Assembly (NCBI GenBank): GCA_030704615.1
Contig: CM060731.1
Location: 87,606,001-87,670,000, forward strand
Length of the DNA: 64,000 bases
Source of the DNA: Takakia lepidozioides
Taxonomy: Eukaryota > Plantae > Bryophyta
Direction of reading: 5' to 3'
Shown piece by piece: positions 44,525 through 59,127 of the stretch; position 1 is the first letter of the stretch, and every line of letters begins with the position of its first letter. A model generated the notes under the pieces. It was not told the origin of the DNA and made no database searches. It saw nothing but the letters and a program-made list of their open reading frames with translations. A program made the translations under genes and the position numbers.

Positions 44525-47500
44525 ATGGCGGACAATGAAGAAATGGTGGACAACGCACACACTACTCATCAAACCAATGATAAGACGGTGTGGATAATGG
44601 AGCGCTTACACGAATTGCAGAATGTTTTTGTCATGACCCAACAACAAAACAACGTGTTGATGGAAGAACTTAAACAAGTGAGACAATCAACCGCCCCGGG
44701 ACTGGTTGCTGATGGGTCGGATACGTTACTGCAAAAGATGATCAAGACGTGCAAGGTCGAGCCGTATAAAGGAAGTCGCGTCATGGGAGTGTTAGAAGGA
44801 TGGACTTATCGAATGGAGGTACATCTGTCATATTTTCCTACATCAAGTGATTTGGACCACGGAATGTTCATACGATCTTTTCTACTCGACAATGCTTCAA
44901 CATGGTTACAGACATAGGAGAGAAGACAGATTGCAAAAGGAGAACTTTTACTATGGAGCACCTTGAAAGCAGGACTGCTCCAACAATTCAAGGCAGTAGA
45001 TGCTGTTACAACTGCTCGAATGAAATTATGGAATTTGGAACAACGCGGGAGTGTGCAAAATTACATTGAAGATTTTTTGAATCTTCAGGTCCAAATCGAA
45101 GACATGAGTCCTACAGAAGCTCTAGACAACTTCAAAAGAGGATTGAAGAAGAAAATTCAAGGAGAGGTAATTTTACGCAACCCGGTTGATGTCCACGAAG
45201 CAATTTCATTGGCCCAAAAGATTGAAGGGACGCTACCAAAATACGACGAAGGTATACACGTTCCATTGAACCAATACGGGCCAACGCCTATGGAGCTTGG
45301 AAATCTTCGAAGACGGGATAACTTCCAATACTCTCAAAGAAATAGGCCAGGAATTAGATATGGGGAAGATAACACACAACGACGAATAAAATTGAATGAC
45401 AAGGATGTGACCTCCTCAACATTCTCACGAATAGAAAGACAAAGGGAAACTAGACAATGTTACAACTGTGGAAAATATGGACATCTTGCAGCCAACTGCC
45501 GAAGTGGAAGGTACAATCGACAAACTTATCGAAGACCTCTTAACAATTTAAGGAGATGAGAAGATAACGAACATCACAATGAGCAGGAAAACGAGGACAA
45601 CCAATAAGTAGACCTCGCGGTCTTACTGGTTCTACAAAAGAGAGGAAAGGCGAGAGGCCCTACAAGGAGAAGAGACAAATCAATCATGCGGGCAAGAAAG
45701 AGACGCAGTTAATTGTGGCAGATAAGGTATTCATGTGAGAGTGTTGATAGACCCTGGGGTAATAGAAAACTTCTTATCTAGAAAGGCTGCCTTGAAACTA
45801 GGACTCCCCTTAGAAAAGGATGAAAGAGATGAAGTAGAAATGCCAAATGGACATACAGAGGCCATTGGGACACTACCTAAAAACATAAAGTTGTCGATTG
45901 GTAAATATAGAGAAACCTTAGAATGGTGAGTGGTCAGATTAGCTTGATATGACGTAATATTAGGCATGCCTTGGATGGAATCTCACAACCCTGATGTTGA
46001 TTGGCATCGAAAGATAGTCAAAACCCAAAATTGGAAAATATGGGGAGATCGAGTGAAGACACCATATCGAAACCTACCATCATTTGTTATAGGTACTACA
46101 GCTATATGTAAGAAAGATTTATTATTTGTAGGTTTAATAAGAGACGTGGAAAATCCGAAAAAAGACATGAGTGAGGTCCCTATAGAATTACAGAGTGTAT
46201 TGAAAGAGTTCAAAGATGTATTTCCAGATGACCTACCAGCACGGCTTCCGCCAAAGAGAAGAGTAGATCATAAGATTGAGGTTGTTCCAAGTAGTACTCA
46301 TTCTTGTAAAGTTTCTTATCGATTAGCACCAAACGAGTTGGAAGAATGTAAGGCTCAAGTCGAGGATCTACTATCAAAAGGCTTTATAAGACCAAGTGTA
46401 TCCCCGTATGTAGCGCCGGTGTTGTTTGTAAAGAAAAAAGATGAAGCAATGCGCATGTGCATTAATTATCGAGCACTCAACCAGCAGACAGTGAAGAACA
46501 AGTACCCGTTACCACGCATGAACGATCTATTTGACCAAGTGCGAGGAGCAAAATACTTTACGAAGCTTGATTTGAGGAGTGGATACAACCAAATTCGAGT
46601 CGCTGATGAAGATGTATATAAGACCGCTTTCCGCACTAGGTATGAACATTTTGAATACATGGTTATGTCATTTGGTCTCACCAATGCCCCAGCCACATTC
46701 ATGGGCCTCATGAATGATATCTTTCGCCCATTCTTAGATAGATTTGTGATAGTCTTTTAAGATGATATTTTGATCTATAGTAACAGCCTTGTCGAGCATA
46801 AAAACCACCTCAAATAAGTATTACAAGTTCTCTGTGAGAATCAGCTATATGCCAAAGCATTTAAATATGGTTTGGAAAACAAGAAGTAGATTATCTTGGG
46901 CATTGCGTGAGTAGGAATGGAATTGAGGTAATGAGTGAGAAAATAGAAGCTATTCAGCAGTGGATAGCCCCTGAAGACATTACCCAATTAAGGAGTTTTC
47001 TTGGCCTTACCGGATTCTACAGACGATTTGTACGGGCATTTTCAAAGATTGCCCAACCATTGACAAATCTTTTGGGCAAAGGAATTAGATGGAAGTGGGG
47101 TACAGAAGAGGAGTTAGCATTTCAGGCCTTGAAGGATGCGTTGCTTCATGCCCTGATCTTGAAATGGTATGATCCGACAAGACTAATCAAGCTCTCGGTA
47201 GATGCGTCAGGCTCAGAAGTGAGTGGGGTGTTACAACAAGAATGGGAAGACGGATGGCACCCAGTGACATATTGTTCTCGCAAATTGTTACCTGTGGAAC
47301 AAAATTACCATACAACCGATCGAGAAGAATTGACCATTGTTTTGGGTACAAAACATTGGAAGCACTATTTTGGAGACAAAGAGTTCATAGTGGAGACAGA
47401 CCATAAACCGTTGGTACACTTGGAGACACAGAAAGATCTATCGAAGAGACAGATTCGTTGGGCGGAGTGACGACAACAATTTAACATGAAGATCGTCTAT

Positions 47501-49035
47501 GTGGAGGGAAAACGACAATTGGCGGATGCAATGACAAGGATGCCGCGCATGAACACATTGACAGAAATCAACATTCAACCCGATTGGTGGAACAAAATAG
47601 CGATGGCTTCTAAAGATGATGGGGAGATCGTGGACGCTAAGATGATGGGCAAAGTGACAGAAGTTCGAGGGTTGGTATTCAAGGAAGGTAAACTTTGGAT
47701 CCCTGATGAACCTGCATTAAAGACAAAAGTCTTGTTTGAAGCTCATGATATGGCGATAGCAGGACATGTTGGAGTTGAAAAAACATTCGAACAACTAAAA
47801 CGAACATTTTATTGGCCACGGATGCGAGACGAGGTGAATGCGTACGTTTGAAGTTGCAGGAAATATCAACAAAACAAGTCAACAAACCGCAAGCTAGTAG
47901 GTCTTTTACAACCACTACCAATACCAAACAGACGTTGGGAACATATGATCATGGATTTAGTTTGTGAGTTACCTCAAACCTCATCGGGATACGACACTAT
48001 AGTGGTCTTTGTAGACAAATTGAGTAAGATGATACACATCCGTCCCACTAGAAAATCCATCACTGCACCTGAACTAGCTCGACTATATCTGGAAGCGGTC
48101 TATTCTCATCATAGGATATCTAAAGTTCTCATTACTGACAGGGGTACCCAATTTACCAGCTTGTTTTGGAAAAGCTTATTTGGTCTTTTTAAAACCAAAT
48201 TAGCTATGTCAACAGCCTATCATCCGGAGTCAGATGGACAGACAGAGTGAGCGAATCGTACAATTGAAGACATGTTGCGGGCCTTTATGTTAGAAGAATA
48301 AGAAGAGTGGGATTGGTTATTACCATTGGTAGAATTTTCATACAATAACTCGGTCAACGCGTCAACGAAAGAAACTCATTTCTTTTTTATGTATGGTGAA
48401 CACCCGAATGTGCCAACAACTCTTACGAAGTTCAAGTTACCAAAAGATGAGTTATCCAAGGTAGCCGCGACTAACGCTTTGTGCAACAAATTCGACGGGG
48501 AGTACGTCAAGCTAAAGAGAAGCTGATGGTTGCCCAAAATCGTCAAAAGCAGTATGCACATGCACGTCGACGGGATGAGGAATTTGCAGTTGGGGATCAA
48601 GTGTGGTTGTCTACAACCAATTTACACATCATTGGATCTCAAAAACTAGGGGCACGATTCATTGGTCTTTTTTCGACCATTAAACGCATTGGAGCAGTAT
48701 CATACAAGCTGGAGTTACCACCACATAAGAAGATCCACCCAATGTTTCACGATTCTCTACTATGTCGTTACGAACCTCGACCATCAATATTCAAAGATAA
48801 TCAAGAACCACAACCTTTACCAGAGTTGATCGACGGAAATGAAGAGTGGGAGGTCGACCGTGTTCTGAAAAAACGCACATACAAACGAGGGCGACATGAG
48901 GTGTTGGAGTATTTGGTTTTATGGAAATGATTTCCATTATATGAAGCTACCTGGGAACTGGTGCAAAATCTCGCAAATGCTCAATTGACAATTCAAGCTT
49001 TTGAAAATTCGAACAACGAGGACGTTGCTTCTTGA
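44525..49035 (+). pseudogene. Family B gag (44525-~45607) and pol with chromodomain; many stops
   Basis: GPTPMELG, CYNCGKYGHLAANC, VLIDPG, RT/RNase H/integrase motifs, EEWEVDRVL..YLVLWK..EATWE. Confidence 0.92.
45586..45631 (+). promoter_or_regulatory. Putative -1 ribosomal frameshift signal (gag/pol)
   Basis: GGAAAAC heptamer, 6-nt spacer, then hairpin AACCAATAAG-TA-GACC TCGC GGTCTTACTGGTT. Confidence 0.65.
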
Positions 49036-49855
49036 AAGAGGGGAGGATTGTAACAAGGTAGAATCTAGAAGGTTCTAGATGAAGGAGGAAAGTTTCCAGA
49101 ATAATTAGGAAGGATCCTAAGAAGTTTGACTTAAGGAAGTTTGACTTGAGGCTCTCAAGTCAAACCTCTAAGATATTCATATTATGGAGAGTAGGTCAAA
49201 TCTTTGATAAAGTCATATTGTAGAGAATATGTCAAACCTAGAAAGGTTGACTTTAGCAAGTATCTTTGATAAAGTCGTATTGTGGAGAATATGTCAAACC
49301 TAGGAAGGTTGACTTTATGAAGCTTTGACTTCAGAGCCTCAAGTCAAACCTTTAAAATAATCATATTGTGAAGGGTATATAAACCTGCAATGAAAGCCTC
49401 GAAGGCATCGAGTTGTTTTGGGAAAAAGTTGAGAAGTACTTCTATTCTAGTTTGTGTAGATCCTGGGTGTTATGATTGCATCGAATCTTTTTGACAGCGG
49501 CAAAGCAGTCATGAAATCCATCGAGACACTTTCCCCAGACCCATCTGGAATCGGCAAGGGTTGTAACAGCCCCGCTTGCTTTTTGTACTCGCTCCGGTTT
49601 TGTTTGCATGTGATGCATGTCTTCACATACTCCTCGGCCTCCTCCCTCAGTTTGGGCCTGGGGGGTGCACCCCAACCAACCTGTACGAGCCACGTACGTG
49701 TACAGGAGGGGGTATTTTTAACCCCCCCATGTACAACATTATACATACATAGGGGGGGTAAGCAACACCTTAAATATAAGTCTACAACAAGGGGTTAGCA
49801 TGATTAGGGGGGTAGCGTAGTGGTAAGGGTCACCATTGTCACGACTCTCATCGCG

Positions 49856-52800
49856 TGTTGCGGCCCTTTGCCTTGAGGGCAGGGGGTCGGGACACAAAAG
49901 GGGCTGCCCCTGTGGTGGGGGCAGTGACAGCGATAGGTATGGGGGGCTGAAGCACCCTTGAGTGCCCAAGGCACTCAAGGAGGCAGAGGCACTCACTAGG
50001 TGGAGCCCCGCACATCGGGTTGCGGTGGGGGTGGCTCCACAAGGGGTGGTGGTAGCTTAGCGGGACTTAGTGGGGGTGGCATAGGACTCACCCTGGGGCG
50101 GAGACCTCGTGGTGGGAGTCGTGGGGAGTCTTGGGACTCATCACGGTCCATAGGGGCCGAGGTGGGTGGGCCAAGACTCACCACGACTCATCACCGGGAG
50201 TCGAGGGTGTTCGTGGTGGTTTGCCATAAAATGGCATGGTTGTTTGTGAAACCCCCGCGGACAGCTACAGAAGTATATATAGGGAGTAGTAACCCGAGAA
50301 CGGTGCAAGCCCGTTGGTGACCAAAAACTAGTGAGTAAGCGAGCGAGCCGGAAAGCGACCAAAGAGTGGGGAGCTGTTCCGGACTGCCAACTACCAAAGG
50401 GAATTCCGCTGGTTCGAAATCGTTGGAGGGTCTTTGGGAGATCAAGGGGGGGGACCGTTATGCCCCGGTGAGCAGCCGGAGCTCTAAGTTGGCCCGGCGG
50501 CCAGGTTGGGAGTTAGGCGCGCGCATCAAGTGAGTAACTATGACTTGAGGGGAGAGCTTACCGAAGTGAGGTGCGCGACACTTGGTATCAGAGCTTAGAG
50601 TTCAGTACGTGATCGTCTTTGGGATTGGCCTCATCATGGGGTCGGGCAAGCCAAACGAAAGCGGAACGGCCCAAAAGATGATGATCCTGGTGAGCCCGAT
50701 GGGGGCGACGTGTCACCAAGGCGGCCGTTTGAGGAAGCGATGCATGTTTCCAAAAACGAGGCCGCTCAAGAGCGGGAGGAATCTGAGGAGTCGGAGCCTG
50801 AGGAATCCCTGAGAGCTCTGACCGACCAACAGATGCCTCCCATGCTGACAGCCTTTTGGGAAGGGTTGTTGGCGCAATTTGGCGGGACGTTGAAAGATGT
50901 GTTGAAGGCGGCTAATGCCACTTCTACTAAGGCTAAGTTTAAGGTGAAGCCTAAGGAACCCGGCACCTTCGAGGGCGTCCGAAATCGGAAGGCACTCAAC
51001 ACCTGGCTCTTGGAGCTAAAGCAGTACTTCCGGGCGGCCAAGTTGAGTGACGAGGATCAGGTGGAAGTGGCTCCCACCTATTTGAGGGGCTATGCTCAAC
51101 AATGGTGGCAGAAACGCCTTCACGACCGAGGTCCAAGCCCGGAAACCTTGAACTGGAGTGGGTTCAAGGAATTGATGAAGAGGCAGTTTATGCCCCTCAA
51201 CGCGTCCTGGCTCGCCCGGGACAAGATGAGAAATTTAAAGCAAACAGATGACATTCGGGGATATGTCCAGGCTTTCAATGTGTTGTTGCTCGAAGTCGCG
51301 GACATGGAAGAACCAGAAATGGTCTTCAACTTTGTGGCGGGACTGGCCCCATGGGCCAGGCGGAAGTTGGAGGAGAAGCCACCTAAGACTTTGAACGAGG
51401 CAATTGAGAGGGCTGAATGTTTCTCGGATGTCCCTAAGGGTGAAAGACAAGGCCATACGGAGCTGAACCACAAGAAGACCCGGCGGGAAGGTGACTCCTT
51501 CCGACCGGAAAAGAAGTGGGATAGGCCACGCGGCAACAATGGCACGTGGAAATCGAAGGGAGGGCCTTCACAAGTAAAGGCGGCACCCGGTGCTTTGAAA
51601 GGAAAGGCGGGTGGAGCGGCCTATGGCGGACAGAAGGCGACCTTTGATGGAGTGTGTTTCAATTGTGGGGAGCCCGGGCACATGGCCAAGAAGTGCAAGA
51701 AGCCCCGACAATTGAACATGACTCGGGCGACCACAGAGCTGTCGGAAGATACCATCAGTCGCTTGGTGGAAGCGGTGGTCGCCAAAACTTGCAAGGTAGG
51801 CAAATTTTCTTGTGAGTTGTATCAGGAAACTGGCGCCTTACGTAAAAGGAGTCAGTTATTGTTCGTGGATGGGATAATATCCGGAACTAACGTGTCGTTG
51901 TTGGTGGACACAGGAGCGTCGCACTCCTTCATGACACCGGCAACGTCACAAAAGCTGGGACTCCCGACAAGTGACGTGGGGGCCTCTATTGAGGTGCGTT
52001 ATGCGACAAGGTTGGCGTTTGATGTTCCTCTTCAACTGGGGAGTTGGGAGGGACGTGAGAACTTCACCATCTGCGAGATCGATGGAGTGGATCTCATTTG
52101 GGGATGACCTTTTTGAGCAAATCCGGAGCGGTCATAGATGGCCGCAAGAGAGGAGTCACGCTGCCATGTGGGAATGGTGGCGAGGTCTTACAAGTGTCGG
52201 AAACGCCCAAGCCCGTGGGAGGGCGAATAAACCTTCTGTCAGCAAGGGAGTGAGCCGTGGAGGAGGCACACGAGCCCCAGTTTTTGCTTTACATTAGAGA
52301 AGTGAAGGGAGAAGGCGATGGGGAGCCGAACCCAGATTGGATCAAGGGGATTTTGGAGAAATACCAGGATATGATGCCGGAGGATTTACCAAGCGGCTTG
52401 CCACCGCGAAGAGGAGTTGATCACAAGATTGAGGTGATACCAGGATCGGAACCGCCTGCCAAGGCGCCCTACCGGTTGAGCCACAGAGAGTTGGTCGAGC
52501 TGAAGACTCAGCTCAAAGATCTAATGTCAAAGGGGTACATCTGGCCGAATAAGTCACCTTACGGAGCCCCGGTGCTATTCGCAGACAAGAAGGATGGGAC
52601 GCTGCGGATGTGTGACGATTACAGGGCTTTGAATAAGGTGACTATCAAAACCGGTACCCTTTGCCAAGGATCGACGACCTTTTCGATCGGTTGGCAGGAG
52701 CAAAGTATTTCAGCCGGATCGATCTGCGCTCCGGTTATCATCAAATTCGAGTGGCGGAAGGAGATGAGGAGAAGACCGCGTGCAGGACAAGGTATGGTTC

Positions 52801-55800
52801 ATATGAGTTCTTGGTGATGCCTTTTGGACTCACCAATGCTCCCGCGACCTTTAGCACGCTGATGAACAGCCTTTTCCAGGAGTGGTTGGATGACTTTGTG
52901 ATCGTGTACATCGACGACATCTTGGTGTATTCGAAAACAAAGGAGGAGCACCTGGAGCACCTCAAAAGGGTGTTCCAGAAATTGCGGGAAGGGAAGCTGT
53001 ATGCCAAAGCTTCAAAGTGCGAATTCGGGGTCACAAAAGTGGAGTTCCTGGGGCATGTGATTACACAGGATGGGATCAGAATGGATGACAGGAAGGTGAG
53101 GGCAATCTTGGACTGGGAGCCTCGACTTCGGTCCCGGGAGTGCGATCCTTCCTAGGACTCGCCTCCTATTACCGGAAGTATGTGAGAAATTTCGCCAAGA
53201 TCGCAGGGCCGCTGTCAGACCTTCTGTGTAAATCCAAAGTCAAGGCATGGAACACCTTTTGTGGCCAAGATTTTGCTGAATTGAAGCAGCGGATGGCGGA
53301 AGCTCCAGTCTTGAAAATCCCGGAGTTCGATCGTCCGTTCGAGATTCATACAGATGCGTCGGACTTCGCGATTGGGGGTGTACTGATGCAAGATGGACGA
53401 GTGGCTTACGAAAGTAAGAAACTGAATGAAGTGGAGCGACGGTGGCCGACGCACGAGAAGGAGATGAAGGCGGTGGTGCACTGTCTTGAGCTTTGGCGCC
53501 ACTATGTTGGTTCCAACCCAGTGAAGGTGTTCACGGACAATGCCACGGTGAAGTATTTTTCCACACAACCCAAGTTGTCCCCAAAACAACTTAGGTGGCA
53601 AGATACTTTGGCGGTGTTCGACGTGGATATCCAGTACAAATCGGGACGGGACAACGTGGTGGCCAATGCTTTAAGTAGAAAGCAGCAGCTCCTGTTGGTG
53701 TATAGGGGCGAGACGGCGCTCCAAAGGAAGATCCGGAAGGCTTGCCGGAAGGATGAGCTGGCGAAGTCCGTGATGCAGGACTTGAGGATGGGGGTTAAAT
53801 CGCAGTTCCACTTGCAAAATGGACTGCTCCGGTATAAACAAAAGCGTCTCTACGTGCCGAAGGGAGGGATCAGAGATAGCCTCTTGAGATAATGCCATGA
53901 TAGCCCGCTTGCGGGCCATGGCGGAGCCAAGCGCACTGCGGCACTCTTGAAGAAAGAGTATTTCTGGCCCAAACTGAGGGAGGAGCCAGATGAGTATGTC
54001 AAGACATGCACCACATGCCAACAAAACCGGAGCGAGTACAAAAAGCAAGCGGGGCTGTTACAACCCTTGCTGATTCCAGAGGGGACTTGGGAAAGCGTCT
54101 CGATGGATTTCATGACTGCTATGCGCTGTCAAAAGGATTCGATGCAATCATGGTGGTGGTGGATAGGTTCAGTAAAATGGGCCATTTCATCCCCACCAAG
54201 GAGACGGCAATGGCACAGGAAACAGGGCGACTTTACTTCGCCCACATCTTAAAGCATCATGTCTCGGACCGCGATCCAAAGTTTACGAGTAAATTTTGGA
54301 GGGCACTTTGAAAGAAGATGGGGACGAGGCTGAAGATGAGCACCGCCTTCCGACCTACGACCAAAGGCCAAACGGAAAGAGTGAATTCCGTAGTGAAGCA
54401 GATCTTGCGGAATTACGTGTTGGCAGACCAAACAGACTGGGTGGAACACTTAGACGCGGCAGAGTTCTGTTATAATAACACAGAACACTCCGCAACGGGA
54501 GTTTCCCCTTTCGTATTGGTGTATGGAAAAGCACCTCTGGTGCCGACAAGTTGGGCCGCCCAGGACGTTGAGGAACCGGCAGTAGCGGCGGTACTAGAAG
54601 AATGCGAGCATTTGTTGAAGCTTGCAAAGTACAACATTGCCAAAGCTAGGAAACGGTATGAAAGGCAGTCGAATCGGAAGCGGAGGGAAGTCAAGTTTGA
54701 GGCAAGCACGGAGGTCTGGTTGAACATCAAGAATTTCCGACTACCTCCGGAAGTGAGTCCAAAGTTCGTACCTCCGTATGCGGGACCCTTTCGCATCCGG
54801 AAGGTTATGAATGAGGATGTGTATGAATTGGAGCTACCGGCAAACAGCAAGGTGCATCCAGTATTCCACGTCTCCCTTTTGAAGCCTTACTTCAAAGATG
54901 AAGCGCGTCCGAATCGACATCAAGTGTTGCGTCCGCCACCTGTGCTGTTGGATCATGAAAATGAACCTGAGTACGAGGTGGAGGCAGTACTTAAGTCGAG
55001 GAGGTTCAAGAACCGAGAAACGGAGTATCTCGTCAAATGGAAGGGCTATCATCATGTGAAGGCATCTTGGGTGCGTGCCTCAGAAATGGGAAACGCATCC
55101 GAGGCGGTTGCAGTTTTCGAAGGACGACCTCAAAAGCGGAAGAAACGTTGATGGGGACATCAACCTTGGAGCGTGGGGGAGGAAATGCATGCTTAGCCTG
55201 GCTTAGCTAGCTTAGGAATCCGATTGCAAAAACTTGTATTGTACAAAAATTTGTTATAAAGGAAATGGGTTCCAAATGTTGTGCGTCCTATTTTGTTTGG
55301 AATGGTGATGCATGGTGTGGTTGGCTAGTGTGTAGAATGCATGCTAGCTTACAAAAGTGGGAGAGGTAAATTGGGTTAATCGTGTGTTTGCGCAATGCCG
55401 AAATCGGGTGACTCCCATCCAAGGGGCAAGGAAACTTGCGCCTTCTTTAGGAGTTCACGTGCTAGTGCGCACCTGGCGTGTGCGCATACTATAACTGCGC
55501 TACCGAGGGGGTTGCTTTGTAGTGCGGGCTAACGCGGAAGCTACATGCTTCCGTTCACTTACTATAATCGTGTAGCCTCGGGACGAAGTCGTAGTGCGGC
55601 TTCGGCGTGTTCCCGTGCCTCAGGCCAGCATTCCAAGGCGGACCCAATTGTAGTGATTGGGGCGCGCGGTTGGTTCAAGGTTATCTTCCTAGTCAAAGAG
55701 GGTTCGAGGTGAACCCTTGCTCAAGGTGGTGCCAAAAGCGGCATCATGAGCGGTCGCAAGCAATGTTGTTGCAGTAAGGCGATTCGATCCTCGGGGAGGA

Positions 55801-55955
55801 TCGTTCCTTGGCCTTGAAGTAGGCCAAGAAGAGTGCACTGGGAGGAGCTTGAGAGGCTCCACCCTTGGCCGGGACTTGGAGGAAGTCGGCCGAACTAGCT
55901 AGTGGAGAGTAGAATCAAGTGTGGGGTTTGGTTCTTTGCCACGGGACGCCATGGT
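49856..55955 (+). mobile_element. Family A chromovirus with 5' LTR (49856-50580), PBS and gag-pol; truncated before the 3' LTR
   Basis: Colinear with 23721-29787; several frameshifts and stops; chromodomain ORF ends at 55151. Confidence 0.95.
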
Positions 55956-56610
55956 ATCCAAAGGCTCCATCCCACTTCACTGCTGTGCACATCCTGCAAG
56001 CATCGTGCTCCACGACACCACATCTTGTTCAGCCATAGTGTTGAACACTCCCTCCGCATCCTCAATGCTCTCACATATATTTGGCATACATGTCCACAAG
56101 GGCATTGTTCAGAATCGCATCTGTTACAATTCCAGCTTTGGTGATGCAACCATGCACCACTTTGCCCTTTTGCAGGGCTGCCAGACTTGCACACGCACTG
56201 CAAACGCACAATCTTGTTCAGCCATAGTGTTGAACACTCCTCTCGCATCCTCAATGCTCCCACATTGGGCATACATGTGTCCACCAGAGCAGTCATGTTC
56301 AGGAGGACATCTGGTACAATTGCAAATTGTCACGATGGATCTCTTTGCCCTTTTCCAGGGCTGCCAGGCTCCCACACTCACTGCCAACACACACAAATGT
56401 TATGTGGTCGGGCTTCACCCTTCCCCCATCATTTGCTCATAGGTCTCCAAAGCCTCCATCCCATGCCCCTGCAAGCATCGCACTCCACGACACCACATCT
56501 CGTTTAGCCATAGTGTTGAACACTCCCTTGGCATCCTCGATGCACCCACATTTGGCATATATTTCCACCAGGGCAGTGTTCAAAATGACATTTGGTAATC
56601 TGCCAGGCAT
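55956..56610 (-). pseudogene. PLS-class pentatricopeptide repeat (PPR) pseudogene fragment
   Basis: PNVILNTALVEIYAKCGCIEDAKGVFNTMAKRDVVSWSAML..GMEALETYEQM..VKPDHITFV..CGSLAALEKGKEIH; three repeat blocks with deletions and frameshifts. Confidence 0.85.
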
Positions 56611-57399
56611 TCACCTTTTTGCCTCGGTTGTCCCACCATTGACTGGATCATAAAAGTATTCATTCCACACCTTCTCCTCATCTCTTGTACCTATTTTTGG
56701 ATACTTTCCTGTTGTCACATTGGCAGTATCATGTCAAAGTCACTTCAATCTATCAAAGATTCACTCAACCAGCTAACTTGCATAATTCAACATGGAAATT
56801 TAGGGCTGATTCTGATAAGGGGGAGAAACAGGGTGAAATGTGTTGAAGAAGGTCCCCTCATCGCCTGATTTTACCAATTGTGCCGCTGCTGCTGCGGCTT
56901 CCAGTTGACCATCTACCCATGCAGGTTTCTTGTAGCTATCCTTCCACAAGGAATCATAGGCAATGTTGTGCTTGAAATGTGGCCCTCTTGGATGAATCTG
57001 GACCCACACTCTATCCCTGCTCCTTCAGCTATCCATGCCTCTCACAAATCATGCATACATCTTTGCCTTGCTGGTAGCAACTGACAATAACAGCCTACAT
57101 TTGTTCTAGGAAACACCCAACTCAACTTCTCACACTAGTTCCTATGCTCAATTGCATCTGCTACTCTCTATAATCCAACATGCATTCACCTTTTTGCCAC
57201 AATTGGCCCACCATTGACTAGGGTCAGAAAAGTATGCAGGCCACAACTCCATGACTGTTTAGGGTTCACTGTCACAAATGAAAGTGTGTTTGTCAGAATT
57301 TTGCCCACCCCAACAGCTCAGTCACTCCCACCCATGCAAGGTACCATGCTGTATCAAGTCTAAACCGTGGAAAAATACATGCAATAGCAGAAACCAACT

Positions 57400-59127
57400 C
57401 TAAACCATAGCACAACTGGCATGGTACCTCCCATGTGGAGCTTGGCTCCGCCTTCTACCATTTTGCCTCTGCCTTGCAAGTGCATTCAAGTTGGCAATGG
57501 CCAATTCATCTGCCTCACTCAAAGGAACACAAACAGCAAGCTCAGTCATGATGTTATGAGGAATTTCAGGAGGCACCATGCCTACATAAGTGTCTCCCTC
57601 ACCCAGTGCCACTTCTGTAATATCGTGAACCACTCGTCGGGATCGAGGGTCCTTGTGAAGGACCACCTTCCAGTTCCCTCGTGAACTTTTTTCATTTGAG
57701 AAAAAAACTTGCTCCACCTGACTAGGGAATGTCCAGGGCTGCTCCATCCGAGGTAACATGCGACTGAAGTCAACCAAGAGAAAGCCATAATCATCTCGTT
57801 TCATGGTGGCATTCCGGCCCACCATGTGTGACCTCACCCATCTACACAAGAACAGAATTGGGTGAAGAATTCCGTAATCCAGTTGAATTATTTCTGTTAC
57901 AACACCACATATTCCAATTGGGATAACACTCGTTTGGACATACCTGCTCTATTTTCTGCTTTCCTGATGGAATACTTGAGCAACTCCAGAATCAAATGTC
58001 ACCCTGTCTGTGGCGCTAGTCCCATCACGTATTGCTCGAAAGTGATTGCCGTAAGCATACATGGACTTGAAGCCCAAGGACTGTACTGCTGGTGGTATAC
58101 ATAAATGGCATATGTCCAAATCATAGGACTCACCTGAACTCACCTTGCGTTGGACAGCACCTTCAATCCATTCATGGAATGGAGCCAGTAAGCGCATATC
58201 TGTTGGGTATGGAATTTCTCCATTGTGGTGGTCTTGGTCTTGTCCACAAAGGAATGTTGTTCTGAACTCAGTGCGGGATGCTTCTATGAGTGCCATCTCC
58301 TCTTCATAGGCCCTATCCAAATGAGAATTGCAAATTAGGATTACAGCTTATACCATTGGCAGAAATGAAACACACAGGATATGATAAGCAACATACTTAC
58401 TCAAGGAATGGTTTCATGCAATCTGTGTTGTGCAAAATATACTCGTGTGCACTGTCTCGTTCTTGAATGGTGAGGACTCATACACTTCCCAATCCTTGAA
58501 CCACCTCCCCACTAACTGAGTCTTCTTCATTGGAGTCCCACACCTTCGGCTTGTAGCATGAAATTCAGCCATATACTTAGTTAGAAACCCTAGGGCCTCA
58601 TCCAAAGCATACCCTTCCGCCATGCTCCCTTCAGGTCCGCTCATATTCCTTACATAGCCTTTTAATGTCTTCATATACCGTTCCATAGGATACATCCAAC
58701 GGCTAGACACGGGACCACACACCTCCAATTTGTCCACAAGGTGTACAAGCAAGTGAGTCATGATATCAAAAAATGACGGAGGGAATTCTTTCTCCAGCAG
58801 ACACATAGTGATTGCAACATCTTCTTTTAAGGCCGGTAGCTCAGTTGGATTAATGATCTTTGCACACACTTTTTGGAAGACTCGAGAAAGCCTCATAATT
58901 GCCATCCGTGGACCCTTTCCCAATACCCCTCGAATGCAAAGAGGTAAAATATGCTGCATCATTACATGGTAGTCATGGGTTTTCATTGTAGACAGTTTAT
59001 TGTCAGCCACATGTTTCTGGAATGTGGCAGCATAACCTGTGGGGGCCTTTACTGCAGCCAATGTTTCCAAAAAACACACCTTCTCAACTTCAGTAAGAAC
59101 ATATGGGGCCAAAGGCTTTCACCAACT
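57400..59127 (-). mobile_element. CACTA transposase remnant, interrupted by an LTR at 59128
   Basis: APYVL, PTGY, MKTHDYH, FPPSFFDIMTHL, GPVSSRWMYPMERYMKTLK, PEGSMAEGY; downstream D.YGFLLVDF..QVEQVFF (DUF4216-like). Confidence 0.9.

Larger units (their letters stand above)
43465..49472 (+). mobile_element. Ty3/Gypsy chromovirus family B nested in family A integrase
   Basis: LTRs 43465-43885 and 49049-49472; PBS TGGTATCAGAGC at 43887-43898; PPT GAAAGAGGGGAGGA; the right junction has lost CA, the TSD and ~10 nt of host sequence. Confidence 0.95.
40854..49655 (-). mobile_element. 5'-truncated family A chromovirus (3' LTR 40854-41570, 3' region, integrase-chromodomain), interrupted by family B
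   Basis: Reverse complement of ~27780-30618; integrase resumes at 49472-49655 beyond the nested element. Confidence 0.92.
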
